A stretch of DNA of 51,372 nt, taken from a virus (Duplodnaviria > Caudoviricetes). A model generated the notes under the pieces. That model saw only the letters and a program-made list of their open reading frames with translations. It was not told where the DNA came from and ran no database searches. Location: IMG/VR virus record IMGVR_UViG_3300032224_001707, positions 1 to 51,372 of that record; one strand, 5' to 3'. Shown piece after piece: positions 50,291-51,372 of the stretch (positions are counted from its first letter, which is position 1; each line of letters starts with the position of its first letter). The position numbers and the translations under genes were made by a program.

Positions 50291-51274
50291 TGCCTGGAAG
50301 TGCATCATCCATTAATTCCAATTAATGATGTTAATGATAAGGACGCTGAAATTGGTGTTTGTATCTTGGCTGCATTGAATTGGTTGGAAATCAAAGACGA
50401 TGAAGAAATGGAAAGTGTTTGTGATATTATTGTTAGAATGTTGGATGCTTTGATTGAACATCAAGATTATTTTGTACCAGCAGCAGAAAACTTTGCTAAG
50501 AAACGTCGTAGTCTTGGTGTAGGTGTAAGTAACTTGGCTGCTCTATTGGCTAAAGAAGATTTGAAGTATTGGGACAAGGATGCTCCTAATTTTGTTGCAA
50601 AGTGGATGGAAAAGACTAGTTACTATCTAATCAAGGCCAGTGTTGAAATGGCAAAAGAAGTTGGTAAGTGTGAAAAGTTTGATCGTACTAAGTTTAGTCA
50701 AGGAGTATTGCCAATTGATACTTATAAACGAGACATTGATGAATTTATCACTGAACCGTTACATATGGATTGGGAAGCTCTGCGTGAAGACATCAAGAAG
50801 TATGGTATGAGACACAGTACATTGACAGCGTGCATGCCAGTGGAATCTAGTTCAGTTATTCAAAGCAGTACCAATGGTATTGAACCACCTCGTAGTGCTA
50901 TTAGTTTCAAGGGAAGCAAGAGCAATATTTTGCCAGTGGTAATTCCTAATATTGATAAGTATAAGGATAATTATACATTTGCTTTTGATATGCCAAATAA
51001 TGAAGGTTATTTGAAGGTTGCTGCTGCTATTCAAAAATTTACAGATATGAGTATCAGTACAAATACTTATTATATACCATCTCGTTATGAAAAGAATAAA
51101 GTTCCTGTTCAAGAAGTGATTAAGGATATGTTATTGGCTTACAAGTATGGGCTTAAGAATTTGTATTATGCTAATACTGATGATGGTGATAAACAAACTG
51201 TTATGAATGAAACTGAAATAAAACAACCAATAGTACAAGAATCCGGTTGTGAAGGCGGAGCTTGTGCCTTATAA
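50192..51274 (+). CDS. nrdA: Split intein C fragment fused to the NrdA C-terminal part
   Basis: HN|CLE, GVCILAALN, RSLGVG, MPVESSS...NGIEP, KNLYY, terminal CEGGACAL redox cysteine pair. Confidence 0.92.
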   Translation: MLKIKKIKEKSDVYDITVKDNNNFYANNILVHNCLEVHHPLIPINDVNDKDAEIGVCILAALNWLEIKDDEEMESVCDIIVRMLDALIEHQDYFVPAAENFAKKRRSLGVGVSNLAALLAKEDLKYWDKDAPNFVAKWMEKTSYYLIKASVEMAKEVGKCEKFDRTKFSQGVLPIDTYKRDIDEFITEPLHMDWEALREDIKKYGMRHSTLTACMPVESSSVIQSSTNGIEPPRSAISFKGSKSNILPVVIPNIDKYKDNYTFAFDMPNNEGYLKVAAAIQKFTDMSISTNTYYIPSRYEKNKVPVQEVIKDMLLAYKYGLKNLYYANTDDGDKQTVMNETEIKQPIVQESGCEGGACAL

Positions 51275-51286
51275 TAGGAGAATAAA

Positions 51287-51372
51287 ATGAAAACAGTATT
51301 AAATAAAAAAAATATAGATCAGTTGAGAAATCCAATGTTTTTGGGGGAAGATTTATCTCTTCAAAGATATGA
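51287..51372 (+). CDS. nrdB: Ribonucleotide reductase beta subunit, 3'-truncated by the window edge
   Basis: MKTVLNKKNIDQLRNPMFLGEDLSLQRY, matching class Ia NrdB N-termini; aggag RBS; follows nrdA. Confidence 0.75.
   Translation, partial: MKTVLNKKNIDQLRNPMFLGEDLSLQRY

Noticed and set aside
1-51372. Alternative genetic code (no accepted gene ends in TAG)
   Set aside because: Genes are full-length under code 11 with no in-frame TAG/TGA interruptions; TAG avoidance alone is not evidence of recoding.
1-51372. tRNA or rRNA genes
   Set aside because: Intergenic gaps are short and AT-rich; no cloverleaf or rRNA-like sequence was recognised.

Overview
AT-rich segment of a large tailed bacteriophage (contractile-tail, distantly T4-like myovirus), almost entirely + strand and read with the standard code. 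1-21.4 kb is a receptor-binding arsenal: three long tail-fibre proteins built from 'GNVGIGTT'-delimited modules, five LamG/concanavalin-like proteins and a CBM-like protein. 21.4-29.8 kb holds two glycosyltransferases, small coiled-coil proteins, a HAD nucleotidase, a Pol-beta-type nucleotidyltransferase, a gp19-like tail tube gene flanked by two divergent nuclease/GNAT-like (Hef-like) genes, and an HxGH cytidylyltransferase. 29.8-39.4 kb is a tail/baseplate module (gp26-like plus gp51-like ORFs, tape measure, baseplate proteins). 39.5-51.4 kb is replication and recombination (short PolA-family protein, SSB, RecA/UvsX, 5'-3' exonuclease, DnaB-like helicase, nrdA, start of nrdB). Top observations: (1) nrdA is fractured at its catalytic SNL/CxE cysteine by a naturally split intein, with only a 71-nt spacer and no intact endonuclease between the halves; (2) a T7 slippery run suggests a programmed +1/-2 frameshift fusing the gp26-like and gp51-like ORFs just upstream of the tape measure gene; (3) the LamG paralogues carry different passenger domains at one common insertion site, and the fibres share modules; (4) a recurrent TATTTATA motif sits just upstream of structural genes. 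All functional calls come from motif recognition by eye; no database search was run.
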